Below are positions 39,590 to 52,933 of a DNA stretch of 64,000 bases, piece after piece. Every line of letters begins with the position of its first letter. The first letter of the stretch is position 1. The DNA is taken from the NCBI GenBank assembly GCA_023515725.1, contig JALDTO010000208.1, forward strand, positions 373,868 through 437,867. Direction: 5' to 3'. Source of the DNA: Amoeboaphelidium protococcarum X5. Taxonomy: Eukaryota; Fungi; Aphelidiomycota. The notes beneath the pieces were generated by a model that did no database searches, was not told where the DNA came from, and was given only the letters and a program-made list of their open reading frames with translations. Both the position numbers and the translations under genes were made by a program.

Positions 39590-40363
39590 TCAATTAGCAA
39601 TGCCTTCTTGCTTCTTTTAATATTTCACATTGTTCACAAATAGTACCACAAAACTTATAATGATAAGCACAGTCACAATGACAGTAGTCTTTCGCCTTCT
39701 ATACAGTGCCTAGAATTAGAGCATGACAATTATGAAATATCTGCCAATAGGATTAGACTCTAACGATACAGAGTTGTGTCGCTTCCTGTATTTTACCTTA
39801 CTATCATCCACATCCATCTGCTATTGACTCCCAGACAAAAGACCAGGGCTCAGGGATGGTGATGATGAAGACTTTGGCATCTAGATTGAAGTCTCTACAA
39901 CTCGCGACTACGTACCATTTGACGAACTGAATACAGGCTGAAGGGGACTATCTTTTATAAACTACCGCGACCATTCAGCACCAGGACTGTGGTACAAGAT
40001 CCATTTGACTTGATTCGCTAGTGGTCCAGCAGCATTTTGAGATGGAACCGCAACGGCTTGACAGCAGGGACATTTGAAATGCTCAACATTGTCGGAAGAC
40101 TAAATTTTACTAAACTCCTGGTTCAAACAGTCAAGATGGAGAACATCCAAGCAGGTGAGCCGAATAACAGAATCACCATCTGCAAATGGCTTATTACATA
40201 TCCTGCATCCATCTGCAGCATCGCTATCCTACAGCCATTCCAAATAGCTTTTCACCACACAATATTGATGAGTTGCATCCTCCACCAGGCAAAGTTCGCA
40301 CACATTCTTTTTATGTTTAAAACAGAATAAATTGGTGACTTTTCTATGCTTGCAGAGTCCCAT
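39590..40363 (-). CDS. ZFPL1: Zinc finger protein-like 1 (cis-Golgi; B-box-like + RING-like + C-terminal TM), 257 aa
   Basis: [27 protein letters not shown]...[35 protein letters not shown]-terminal TM. Confidence 0.92.
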
Positions 40364-40817
40364 AATATTGACTTTTAATAATCGTGACTTTTCAGAGAGT
40401 TGTGTATATTGTCCAAACGCTAAAGATTAAAGTTTCTGCAGTTGAGAAGTAGTAATGAATTCTGTTGAGGAAAAATCAAAGCTAAGCGAGCTGAAATTTG
40501 AAAACGACACGACGCGCTTTGAAGCAAGACTAACCGGGTGAAAGTTGACATCGATAATGATGAGTGGGTGAATTGTAAAAGGCGTTTTGATAGATGTGAT
40601 TTATGTCTGAGTAATTTGGAAATTGCGCTATCTGGTGAAAGGGGTTTGTAATACAGTAGTTCTTCTTAAACGCTTTTTACATTGCCGTATCCCAACATTC
40701 TATTTGTAACTGACACGTGGAGTTTTGATGCACAGCAACAAAACAGTTTGAAAGACATGCATCATATAACCTATTTGGAATAAAGGTTTTTTAATGAAAA
40801 ACTTTCATCGGAAAACG

Positions 40818-40902
40818 ACTCCAATAGCTCAGTTGGAAGAGCGCTCGACTGTAATAGGATCCAGAAATCGATAGGTCGCCTGTTCGATCCAGGCTTGGAG
40901 GA
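40818..40902 (+). tRNA. tRNA-Tyr(GTA) with 12-nt intron (40855-40866)
   Basis: ACTCCAA TA GCTC AGTTGGAA GAGC G CTCGA CT GTA A [intron] A TCGAT AGGTC GCCTG TTCGATC CAGGC TTGGAGG A; T5 terminator downstream. Confidence 0.88.
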
Positions 40903-41077
40903 TTCCTTTTTGAATCATTGGGGAATAAAACAATTTGATGGCGCGTTCTATTTGAACCTGCCCGTGTTAGTTTGATTCTGGTAGAGTGTTTGCTGTTTTA
41001 ACGCCGATTTTCAGTAAACTTTCTTATTTTTTGGCTTTGTAAAACTGCCGTTATTTCAAGCTTATCCTTCATATATC

Positions 41078-41680
41078 ATGACTGTGTATTCGATATTTAT
41101 ATTCAATAGACATTGCGCCTGTATTTACTAACATATATTTGCAACTGGATCTGGTAATGGTAGTTAGAGAGAGAACAGTAGTGACATGACATGGTAAGAG
41201 TCGAGCAAGCTCATATATGGTGTCATCTTCACCCTGAACAATATTACTTCAAAACTCGCTCTAAACAATACTGGATCTAATACGCTGGTCTTCAAGACGG
41301 CCACCTATAAACTGCATGCGCTCGCCACTGCCACTAACCTCCGATAGGTGTTGTTCACATCGCCTGACGTGTAGAGTCAAGATGGTCTGGACTTGCTTAC
41401 TAGATTTCACTAGCAGGTATATTGTCCCTACGTTATTAGCAATCCATTGATTCGCGGAGAGCTCTCAAGTCTAGATAAACAGTAAGGTGGCTAAGAGGAT
41501 TATGGAATACTCGACTTTGTGCCATATGCTGATGCTGTACCTCAGTCGACTCATATCAAAGAGAGCAGTGCTGATAAGAAGAAACGATTACTCAAGCGGT
41601 ATGAAGTTATCGGCCTCAACGATAATGAAGTGTTCAAGACTAAAGTTGACCAGTTCCTCAAGTCTGGCTCTGTATTGTGA
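41078..41680 (+). CDS. BET5: TRAPP subunit Bet5/TRAPPC1 (200 aa)
   Basis: MTVYSIFIFNRHCACIY, KLIYGVIFTL, FKTATYKLH, YCPYVISNPL. Confidence 0.88.
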
Positions 41681-41746
41681 AATGGATTAAAATTTTAATT
41701 CATATAATTACTTTAATATGAAGTCTTATATTAAACAATCTTATTT

Positions 41747-43177
41747 TCAATAGCGCGTCCAAGCCCAGGCAATGGTTCGGAAATCGTCAAAGTCATAACG
41801 CGCGCATTTCTTGTCATTGTCAGTGGCAGCTGCACCTTATTTTTTCATGGAGAATGTCGAATGCAATTTTATACTCATCAACGCTCCCAATCTGCCGAAT
41901 GATGAGTCTTTGGTGATGACGAAATAGTCTGCGAATGAGAATAGCCAAGCCTCAGACACTGCGAGTCTAAATCCCATCACATCTTTCTTCTTATCAATGT
42001 GAGACACTTGTATAGACTATGCGCTGTGAGGAGATCGGGAGGGAATGTACGTGATCAGCCGATTACCAAGCCGCTTCTTTAAATACTTGCGCGCCTCTTC
42101 ACAATCCGTCACGAGATAAAACCGAGATTAACCATCATCAGTTACTTCCGAGTATTTGTCAATGTCACTAGCTAAACTCTCTGCGCATTGAATATACTAT
42201 TTAAACCATTGATCTTTTATCTTGCTTCGACAATACGAGGTGTCGTTGCTACTAAATAGCTAATCGCCAAATCGAATCTAAAGACCAATTACAGGCGGAC
42301 GATACACAGAGTTCCTCCGTCTGCCCAAATCATAAATATCTTATAGCTTCGTGTATCCAGTCACTTATTTCCACTGCTAGCGAATCACGTCAATCGTCTC
42401 TTGCCTCGGAGTAAAAAGGAAATTCATGACACACCCAAAAGCATTATCAATATTCAACCCCATTTGATGCAGCCGCTAACGCACTTTGGGATTCTCAAAT
42501 AGCATGTAAAGTTACCCTTAGTTGCCTTGGTAGATGACAGTTCGAGGTTGATGATCGCCCGTCTCGGATTAGTTGTATGTGCGTAATATAGACTGCATGC
42601 TGAGATCCGAGTGACTAAAGATTTCATTCACCAGTTGATCATCATATTGTACAAATCCTTCCACGGTCAGAGCAAGATCCACAACGCGTCCATAGGATGC
42701 ATTATAATCGCTAGGTGACACGGTCCAGTTGATGTAGTTGTACTATATAGCAGACTCGAGTGGAGCACCAGCCCATTTAACCTTAAACATGTAGTCATTG
42801 AGAAGCGCGACCATAAATGCAGACACCAGTGTGGTCATTCTATCACCCAAGCCATGATTATATGCGTCCATAATCAAGATTTTTTACTCTTCAACTGGAT
42901 GACGAAGCATCGATTGATGAAGTTGAGCATATTCCGCCATCCAGCCACCATGACACTATGGATGTTTAAACTGAGGAAACTGGATCTATTGCTCCAATTC
43001 TTATGTACTTTCATTAATAGATTATACCAAATGTCTTACCCGATTACCAACACGAAGTTGTTAGATTAACTCAGTCGACATCAAGAGGCCAGTGATTATC
43101 AGCAGAGCCATTAAAACTATGGCGACTCTTTTATGCGCGGGACTTATATTGGCTGAAATTATTCTTATAGAGGGCAT
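41747..43177 (-). CDS. Type II membrane GDP-fucose fucosyltransferase-like protein (GT37/GT11/GT23 superfamily), 476 aa
   Basis: N-terminal TM; GLGDRMTTLVSAFMVALLND, VIGLQIRFGD, FYLVTD, EAWLFSFADYFVITKDSSFGRLGA. Confidence 0.8.
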
Positions 43178-43542
43178 TTCATTAATATAATCAAGATATA
43201 TAGTATAGATTGCGATATAATAATTATTGGGATTAAATATCGTAATTTAAAGTCAAGTCAAACCAGTTGATGCTCAGGGGTATCATAAATCCGCAGCTCT
43301 TGGTCGATTTGATCAGCGCGTTCACTATAAGCATAAGACATTTGGCTTTATATCTCAGTTATTGCATGTGTGTAGACTAGACCATGGAGATCTAATTTTT
43401 ATACAGCGTCCAAATAAAAATATATCTAACTGTGTATCTTTAGTTGCTATATAAAATGCTCAACAATCATTAATTGTTTCGTCTGTTGATTAATACCTGT
43501 TACACGGAGAATCTATAATGAGAGTTTTATATTAAGACTGCG

Positions 43543-44769
43543 ATGAAAGTCGCCAAGAACGTTGAACAGGTTACTACCGCCTAATTACAGCTCTTCCAAC
43601 CAAGTGAATTACTTCATTCGCGCTTCTCTTTTATCAAGTCTCGCCCGTACGATAATATGAAACGTTTATAGGTAATCACGCAGAGGCGATTAATCAATGT
43701 GAGACCCATCAGCGAGATTTCCACTGCAAGCAAATGGAAGTTCTAATGGTCCAGTGATGAAGTCTTACTGCCTTTGACGACGCGTGATTTCAGTAATATT
43801 TTGCTGGTGAAGAAGGCGGGCGATGATAAAGCGACTGCTGCTGTTGCTGATGCCATAAGTTATATCCACAAGACATTTAATGATCGATATAATTTTATTG
43901 CTGATGAGGACACTGCTGTATAGGTGAGTAAGCGATTAGATCATGTGTCTTCAAGTATCTATGTAGCTAAAAGTGACGCCGACTACTAAAAGTATACCGA
44001 CTTTGCTATTACGTTTGGTGGCGATGGCACAATGTTGCGGTATGCTGGGAGATTTTCTGATTGCGCATCTGTTCCACCTGTCATGTCGTTCTCAATGGGA
44101 ACGCTGGGATTCCTACTACCTTTCAAGATTGAAGATATGACTAACGTGATTGATCGTGTTTTGTAGTAGAAAGAATACGATAGGAATTAGTCGGTGCCAG
44201 TCTTGATGCGTTCTCGTGTTAAAGCTGATATTTCGTACTGGAGTGGCAGGCGATCCACAGTATATGCCCTTAACGAAGTGTCTGTGAATGCGGAGTAAGG
44301 TGAACGTCAGCATGTATTATAGTTAGATCTGTCAGCCTAGGATAAACCGTTCACATCCACCAGATGCGATGGTGTGATAGCTTGTACACCCACTGGTTCA
44401 ACTGCATATGCACTCTCTGCGGGTGGTCCTATTGTGCATCCTCAGATTGGTAATCAGTCGCTATGTTTGGTTCCGTTTGCACCTCATTCACTCAGTTTCA
44501 GGCCATTGGTCATGCCAAACAAAATGAAGATTGGTATCAATGTGGCCCAGAAGAGTGCCGTTGATTGCAACGTGTACTGTGATGGCCTTAGAATTGGCTA
44601 AATGACGCGTTAATCAAATACCAATGAAAAGGAGGACTCTATCGGATCTATCAGTATTTAAATGGCTGATTAGCTCTGTTCTGTTCCCTGCATATGGAAT
44701 GCTGATCAGAATTGGTTATTTGATGTTCAAAGACTCCTCGGTTGGAACAATGGATCATTGAATGAATGA
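43543..44769 (+). CDS. NAD(H) kinase, Pos5-like (408 aa; start uncertain)
   Basis: [52 protein letters not shown]. Confidence 0.92.
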
Positions 44770-44860
44770 ATTCAATAGATGACAAATGTGTAAACTGTAA
44801 TTAAGACAGCGGTTAAACTTCACAGTATCAGCGTAGAGCTATAAACTTTTAATTTAGTAA

Positions 44861-47386
44861 TCACAATTCTAAATATTAGGATATCCAAGAGTGCACATCT
44901 ATATTTTCCAGTGATCCTTTCAATTTCTTGTCGATGTTACCAACAGATGCAGGTCGACCAGGCCAAACCTTGACAGAGGAGTTTGCAGATTATCGCCACC
45001 AGTCAAACTTATATAACTGAATATCAGATATATTAATCCTTTGATGAAAAGACGTATGAAGCAGTGGAAATGAGTACCGATGACTGGCATTCATGTTCGG
45101 TGGCCGTGATGATAGAGGATCGAAAGACCAATCTCTTTTTTCAATGATTTCGGTATTGTTCTAGTCTGACACTAAGCTGTTATTATCTTCTTCTACAACT
45201 TGTATAGGGATATCCAAGTCGCCCTCATTGTCAGGCGTCATGGGAAAGTAACTGCTGCTATCATTCTTGGATCCAACCTAATCATCCAGCAATGAATCCA
45301 TTTCCTACTTTAAAAACAAATCTCCATGACCATAAGCATACAGATTTACATCTGCTCCGGTATGACCTTTTGTCGTCCATCCAACTTCGGCATTCTTACT
45401 CAATAGATCGCCCAAATGATACTGAATAGGCAGTAAAGCAGGATCATCCAGCGTTGGATTAAATGTTAAATGTTCATCAACTTATCTCTGTTAGCTTCCT
45501 GATTATTTATTAAATATTCGCTCCAGCTCAGATTGTGTGGGCATCAACTTGATTGTCTTCTTGACATCATCAGCAATGAAAAAGTATGGCGGTGGTTTAG
45601 TACCATTCCAAAATTGAGGGTTATTCCACTTTGGATCTTAGCTAAAATCTACCCAGGCACCAGACTTGCTGGATAAACTCAAATCTGAAAACCATGGCAC
45701 AGGAGTAAGGTGTAAAGATTCAACAAAGAACTTATAGACATAATTCCCAAGTGCATTCGCTTAATCAGTGGAAGATGAAGACTACTTAAGTAATTGAAGA
45801 TAGCCATCGCATAATCTCAGCGTCAATAACTCTGTAGAGTACTTGACGTTCAGTAAAGTGTCCGGCCTGAACTCGTAAAGCGGATATTCGCCCAGTTATG
45901 CATCGACACTAAGGCCACCTGTTTCGTGATCACTAACACTGATCAGCACGGCTCCAGGATGGGTGTCAACATACTATTAGACTACTTGTACAGCCTCCTG
46001 ATACGCAATAGTGTCTCGCACATGGCCTACAGGATCATTTGCATGAGCTGCCATGTCAATTCGAGACCCCTCCACCATCAAAAAGAATCCATTCCCGCTA
46101 AACTGGGATGAGGATCTAGAATTGCTATATCGCGTAAGTAGATCTGCATCCAGTAGAGTTAGAGCTTTCAAAGTCATCTCTGCTAAAGAAGGTTCCCGAC
46201 TAGAGTTCCGATCAGTATCAAAAGACATGTGGCTTGGAGTAAATAGATTCAGAATAGGAAATTATGATATGGCAGATAGACTATCAAAAAACTTTCTATC
46301 AAGTCCAACTTGCCAACCTTTGTCTTTAGCTATCTGAAGCAGATCAGTGGCATCTGCGCGACAACTATTGCCAGAAGAGTTGGGATAAAAATGACAATAT
46401 CCTCCACCAAATGCCAGATCCACTGCAGATGATACCTGAGTCTAGTTATATCCATCTAAACCTTAAATAAGTTAACGGGCAATTTCACTTTCCATATCTC
46501 TATGCCGGACATGACTATAAAATGCGGCGGGTGTGGCATGTGTGATGCGAGAAGTCGCCACCAACCCTGTTCTGTACCCGTTCGAATGAGCCAATTCCAG
46601 CAATGACATACACGGCATCAAGGTAGCGTTCATACCAATGACATGATTATTTGTGCGAATACCACAACTATATGCAGTAGCAGCCGCGGCACTATCAGTC
46701 ACATACGTATCCTCAGAATGAGTGCGCACCTAACCAACAAGTATTTTATCTAGCGGGAGAGAGGCGGCATCAAACGGACCAAACTTTCCACCTTGCTATT
46801 ACTACTATTAATACTATGAAAGAAGAGAAGAGTTTATAGACTAGAGATATTCTTTATAGTACACTCGGGCAAATGTCTCTGATGACGGGCCGAAACCGTC
46901 CGAAATCATCAAAATCACAGATCTAATGGGAACTTTCTGAGATTACATCCGCTCAAGCAACTGACCAACATCCTTATTAAATAGAGCTATTAAAGACAAT
47001 ACTATTATCATAGCTACAGCAAGCCAAGTGGCACCACAACAGCAAAGTTCTCTATCGCATTACTTATGACGATGCTTCATATTATAATTTGCGCTTATCT
47101 TGATCCCATTATGTTGGTCATTTTATCTACTAGATGGCAACAGCTCATGCGACATATCAGCATACTCTTCATATTCATTTCTTAAATCTGCATCCTCTTC
47201 TATTTAGACAATGTGATTATTAAGATTCCCAGCATCGGAAGATGTAAACCTGGATTCGCAACCTGGTGTTGAGGCTGTAGTAAATCGAACATCATTCATA
47301 CCAGCCGTCTGACGCAATTAGTTCTCATTATAGCGTTAGGGAGTCAGCCCCAGATTGTCCAGCTCAACATCGGATCGCTCCACCAT
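44861..47386 (-). CDS. PHO8: Membrane-anchored alkaline phosphatase Pho8-like with insertions (841 aa)
   Basis: TM anchor; ILMISDGFGP, VTDSAAAATA, ITHATPA, FFLMVEGSRIDMAAHAND, SDHETGGL, GHTGADVNLYAYG. Confidence 0.92.
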
Positions 47387-47625
47387 TTAAATCGCTCCAA
47401 TTCTTATTTAGCTTTTAAGTTCAACGAGGAGTTCTCCTACCAGCGGAAGTTTTGGGATGACGATGAAAAGAGAATCTGTGTTTATTCTTCATCGAAGTGA
47501 GATCTGAAATATATTCGCTGCGTTTATCACGTTACTTACGATAAGTTAAGAGTAATTATACCATTCATTCAACACAAGAGATATTTTTCCACTAAATTAT
47601 TAATTAATCCAATTCTGGTTATTAT

Positions 47626-47946
47626 ATGGCGAATATTGGTGGCGACTAGCATCATCTATATAGTTCTGACTATCCTGAGGAATCGGCTGCATACGATCTG
47701 ATCTCAAAATAGTCTGCCAACTCAGATGCAATCTAGTAGATATCACGAAATCGATAAATTGTTAATATGTCTTACTAGAACGGATCACTGGGGATTAATA
47801 AGAATTGGCAGACTCCGTGGACCATAATCCATTTAGGCAATCGTGAAGATTTGAAACGATCTGCTCAGAAACGGTTTCTCCTCGTTCAAAGCCACATCAG
47901 ATGTCATCAAGTCTCTTCTCCTCCTCTTCTATTCCATTAAACGTGA
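47626..47946 (+). CDS. Short ORF (106 aa) or upstream exon of the DENN gene
   Basis: ATG-TGA frame followed by an AT-rich intron-like tract ending in CAG at 48200; no convincing in-phase donor identified. Confidence 0.35.
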
Positions 47947-48226
47947 ACGAGTGCATTGATAATTTAATTTAATAAAGTTTCTGCTTGATGCCAAGTCTAC
48001 TGTTGTATGTCTGTTGCTTATGCTTTGATATATATTTCGTTGTTATGCCTCGTCTTTCTTTGCGTTCTCTTATGCTTCTTGACTCACACTCATCATTAAC
48101 GATTATAATACTAGTATTGAAGATATTTTTGCCCTTTTTTCTTATCAGTATTATCAGTGATTTAATTACTCACTCTATCGTCATTATTGATAAACTTCAG
48201 TTGGAAATTGCGGTGATAATAGAATA

Positions 48227-51175
48227 ATGGAACATCATGGCGATGATAGACAGAGACGGAGATCAGTGTCGAAGCCACCTCATGCATATCACAATCACAT
48301 GAAGATGCGAAATGATAATCTCTGGTCAGATACTCATGTAAATACAACATCTGGTCCATAGTAAAAGACAAAATAAGCCGAATTTTATACCAGAGAATGC
48401 TCAGATTCTAGATCAAGATCTAATAGGGAAACTTCTTTAAATCGTTAAGGTGATAGTAATGAATGTCCATCTGTGGTTGAAGCTCACTTTAGAATGCATT
48501 CTAGAAATGATTAGTTCGCTGAGGGGGATTTGAATGCGGTCACTGGTATGCCAACTGCTGGATTTCTATCAAGTGTGGTAGATACTGATAATAATAATAG
48601 TAATAATAACTCGAATCGTGAGCAATCTTCCAGTATTAATCGGCATAGAAGGAGACACTCTGAAGATTCATCTATATATTCTCGACCGGGTAGTGCTACT
48701 AATAATATATCTGCTGATTTGAAGAGATTCTCTAATGCAGTCTTTGATAATGTCAAAATGGGTCTTCGGCAACTGATGATCGATCCCTTCTCTTTAAATC
48801 AAAGTCAGAAGAGTAAAAGTAGTCTCTCACTTATCACCTCATCGGATGGATCTAGTTTACGAAAGGCATCATATAAGCCTCATTTTAGGCATTCTATGCA
48901 ACCAGAGTTATTTCTTGTTAATAATTTTAATGATAGATAGAGAGATACTGCGCGGGTGGTTGGTGTCAAGGAGAGAAAGTCTGATTAGTATTTGCAAGTT
49001 GTTCGCGGTAATAGGGAAGATTTTAATAAAGATGAGAAAGGGCCTAGTAGTAATGGCAACAAAGCTAGTCAGTGGAGTTCAGACAGGCCGTTCTCTGATA
49101 TAAAATTGTTCAACTTTGGTCCTGCTGATGCTCTATCTCCTGTACGATAAAGGTCGCTATCTCCCACTAACACTTAGTAGAGTTAAAATACTGCTTAATT
49201 ATCTGATGATGATTCTTTATAACATAATAGTGAAGAGGATACCAGGTCAAAGGATAATCTTAATAATTAGAGAAATACTCGGGATTTGCAATATCCTGTG
49301 CATGGTCAAGATGTAGCAATATTCGACAAGTTTCTAGTATCGTCACTCAGTCTAAAAGATAAAGAGTCTAACATTTTGATTCCTAGAATTATTTACGCCT
49401 CCTGTGATAGTAATGACGCGCAACTGGCTAATATCCCCTTGTTCTGTTTTCCAGAGTGGAGTAATGCGACTAAAGATGGGCAATTGACGGTGGAGACTTT
49501 TGTGAATGATGAATTCGGTCTCACTGAAGGTGTGGCCAGCAAGTCTTAGGAGACTTTTAGCTTTGTGTTGACTGACATTCAGTAGAATAAGCAATTTGGA
49601 TACTGTAGGCGAATTTACACCTCGGAGTATGTGGAGAGTGAGATGTAGGTGAAGATTCCGTCTACCAAGTAGTCGAAAGCTCACTCTAAATAGTCTAAAA
49701 GTCTAGATGGTGCGAGTTATCAAAACGAGATATCTTCCACTATTATAAAGAGGCGTAAGAAATTGCCCATTGTGTTTTGTATAATCAGTTCAGTCGGTAG
49801 CTTCTAGTTTTATAAAGATCTGCTTGATCATGTTCAACTATTATACAATGATAGTCAACTAGACACTGGTGGACTGGATACTTTGTTTGCTGGCTTGAGT
49901 GCCGCAAAGATACCTAAGCCAGGCAGATTTCTGAGGATTTAATTTTAAGGAAGTTTATTAGAAATTCAAAGGCCTGTTGATGTTGCCACAGAGCATGTTT
50001 CCCTCCAGTCTCTGTTCGAAGCTTTGCGACTTAAATCTGCTCAGTCATTTGCTACTGCTGCACCTAATACGCCATTTGCTGTCTTAATTACTCTAATCAC
50101 GGCATTACTGTTGGAACGGCGCATTATTTTTGTTAGTTAATCTCTGTAGAAGCTGAGCGATTGTTGTAATGCAGCCATTTCTCTCATTTATCCTCTGGAT
50201 TGGCAGCACATTTTTATTCCTATACTGCCTCGAAAGTTGTTGGATTTTCTTTGTAGTCCCACTCCGTATGTTATTGGTATTCTCACTGCTGATGTCGATC
50301 GAGTTGTCCAAGGATGGAAAAAAGCTGGCGTCACCTCTGGCGTGTATTATCATAGTTAGAATGTAGGTAATGGAAATTTTAGATTGACTGAATCTGTGGA
50401 TCTTCTTCCTATAGAAGAGGCTCTGGTCATCAATCTTGATTCTGGTCAAATACTGCGACATGACACTGCGGAAAGTGACCGAGGTGCTCTGCCGGCGTAC
50501 TTTGTTTATAAGTTGAAAGAATATCTGTCCAAAGCTTTCGATTCGCAATCTAATAGTAGTAATCTTTCCAACTCGGTGCGTTTTAGATCCTCTGCAGATG
50601 ACTTGAAGTTATTTAGAACCAGCACTGCGCTATCCAGCAAGTCCAAACAGTTTTCAGATACACAGGATGGTGTGATTGCTTTGGCACTGATGAAGATGTA
50701 CATTCTCATCTTGGGACCGTATCGCGATTGCATGGACGTAAATGTAGCGTAAAATGATTGTAATACTTTGCAGAAAATAGTTCAGGTGCGATTTAATGAT
50801 CAATCATTCGTACGTCGACATCCTCTCCTGTCCTCAAATCATAACAATTGGCTCTCTGAAGTCTTGCAATAGGGTGATCATCCGTCAGGAACTCAGAAAA
50901 TGAACGTGCGCCATTTCCTGTAGAGACTGAGTAACTCTCACAATTTCCGATACTTCATTTAGCAGAGAGAAGATGCATTTTAGTACCATTATCAAACTTA
51001 GTTGGATAGTAAAAAGAACAACATGGGCACGCCCAAGTTGAATGTTGATTCTAAGCTGGCTTCAGAATCTGGTATTAAGAACTATCATGCACTTGCGCAA
51101 TCTCGCTTTGAAAAGAAAGTTACTTAACTAGAACTACAATATAGACAAAAGTAGAATGATTACATGGATGAATGA
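48227..51175 (+). CDS. DENN-domain Rab GEF, DENND2-like (982 aa from first in-frame ATG)
   Basis: IPLFCFP, TFSFVLTD...FGYCRR, LLLERRIIFVS, YPLDWQHIFIPILP, LCSPTPYVIG. Confidence 0.88.
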
Positions 51176-52695
51176 ACTTATTAGATTGAGCGAGTTTTGA
51201 TGAATTTCAAGGAGTCGAATAGACTCTTGATCTTTAACTTATGGCTTGGATCTTCTTGGTACTGTGGAATAGGTTGAAAGTACTTGCTTTTCTCTTCAAC
51301 GGGTGACACAATATTTTCTAAAATGGCAGGCGTTGAGAGAGACTCAATCCTCTTACGTTTCTGATCATGACTCTGGTCAGATACCAAAAGATCAAACAAT
51401 TACTAGTCATCATCTGATACCTCAGCAGGGCTTTATACAAAACTCAACTAGAGATCAGACTCAAAATGGAACAAAGTCTCAACACAGATCGACTCGTCTT
51501 CGAGTAGACTTTATAACGGGCGCTTCTCCGCTTTAATAGTTTCAACTTGCGTTGTAGTAATAGAAATGTTCTCCTTCTCTTATACGTGCTTCCTCTCAAC
51601 AATCGGTTTCTTGCTGATAGGGTTAAGGTGTCCAGTGGCCCATTGCTTTATCAGCTATTCATCAATAGCCTGGCCGGTAGCGAGTTCAAGTAGAGGAATG
51701 TCCACGGGTGATATGTTCTCTTGATCAATGTCAGTGAGGGGACGTAGTTCATAATAGTTTTCAAAATCAGTGTCAAACACAAACTAGTGGGCAAAAGTCA
51801 ACTCTGCAATCTTGAATCTGTGTCGATAGTCTTCAGTGAAAGAGATTTACATCTCTCTTTGAGCGCTCTAGATAGCTCTATTGATATCGCCATTGTGTCG
51901 CTTAATCAACCTGTGAGCCTTTTTCAACCCAAGTCCAGTGGCAGAGGCCAGGTAATCACAGCCAGAAAGGATACACATTCGCTTGAACATATCTACAGTC
52001 CAGCCGGACATATCAAGTTCTTGAGAATCAAAAACCTCTTTCAAACACACCTCCATACCATTGCCTTCATTGTCTAGCTTGGTTAGCAGCGTTTTGCATC
52101 CAAATACAAGTAGATCAGAGTCTTCGGTGATGATAAGATCAGCCGAGCCATTGATCGAGAGGTAAGCAAGCTGAGCATCCGCCTCATAAGGAGCCACAAC
52201 ATATTTAACATTTATAGATTTCAGCCGTTGAATGACTTGATATGCAATCTCTGGCGTGATATCAACACAGCGAGAGTAGAACTTTTGCGCTTCCTTACTG
52301 TTACCATCAACATCGAGCTTCCTCGCAACTTCTTTGTGTTTACTGCGATCAGAATGTCTGTTGGAATTGGTACCTTACTTTGATGGATGATCATCGCCAT
52401 CAAAGACAATGATAACTTCAATATTGTTCTATCGCATCAGTTGAATCTTCTTTTCAAAATAATCGACATGACTACAAATAAATATCGCTAATCATAATCG
52501 TTTAATATCAGGTGTATAATTTTTATATACTTACGCTCTTGTTTCAATGCCATTCACTAGTTCCCTTGCACAAGAGTGAGCCGCTTTATGCAGCCAAGAG
52601 TATCCGTCAACAGCAGCGACCTTGCCGCAATAGTCGGATAAATGTTTTCGCCTCTAAATAGACTTTAAATTTCTCAACAAATCCTTGATTCCCAT
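51085..52695 (-). CDS. EXO1: Exonuclease 1 (XPG family), one intron; 3' end uncertain
   Basis: [58 protein letters not shown]-box-like KSKYF. Confidence 0.93.
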
Positions 52696-52933
52696 GGCTC
52701 TAAAGTACTAGATATTGAGGCACAATATGTGAGATATGTAGACGGAATGGAATAGCAGCCAAGTTGAAACAATTGCCATGCTCGAACTGAACGGACGCGA
52801 ATGTTTTCTCTCGTTTGTTCGCGTTTCGTTAATTGTCTCTTTGTTTCAACTGTCCGCGTTTAACGTTGGAAACTCTGTTTGGACTCTTAAGGAACAGCTT
52901 TTATACGGCACAGTCGTAGTATCAATAAATATT

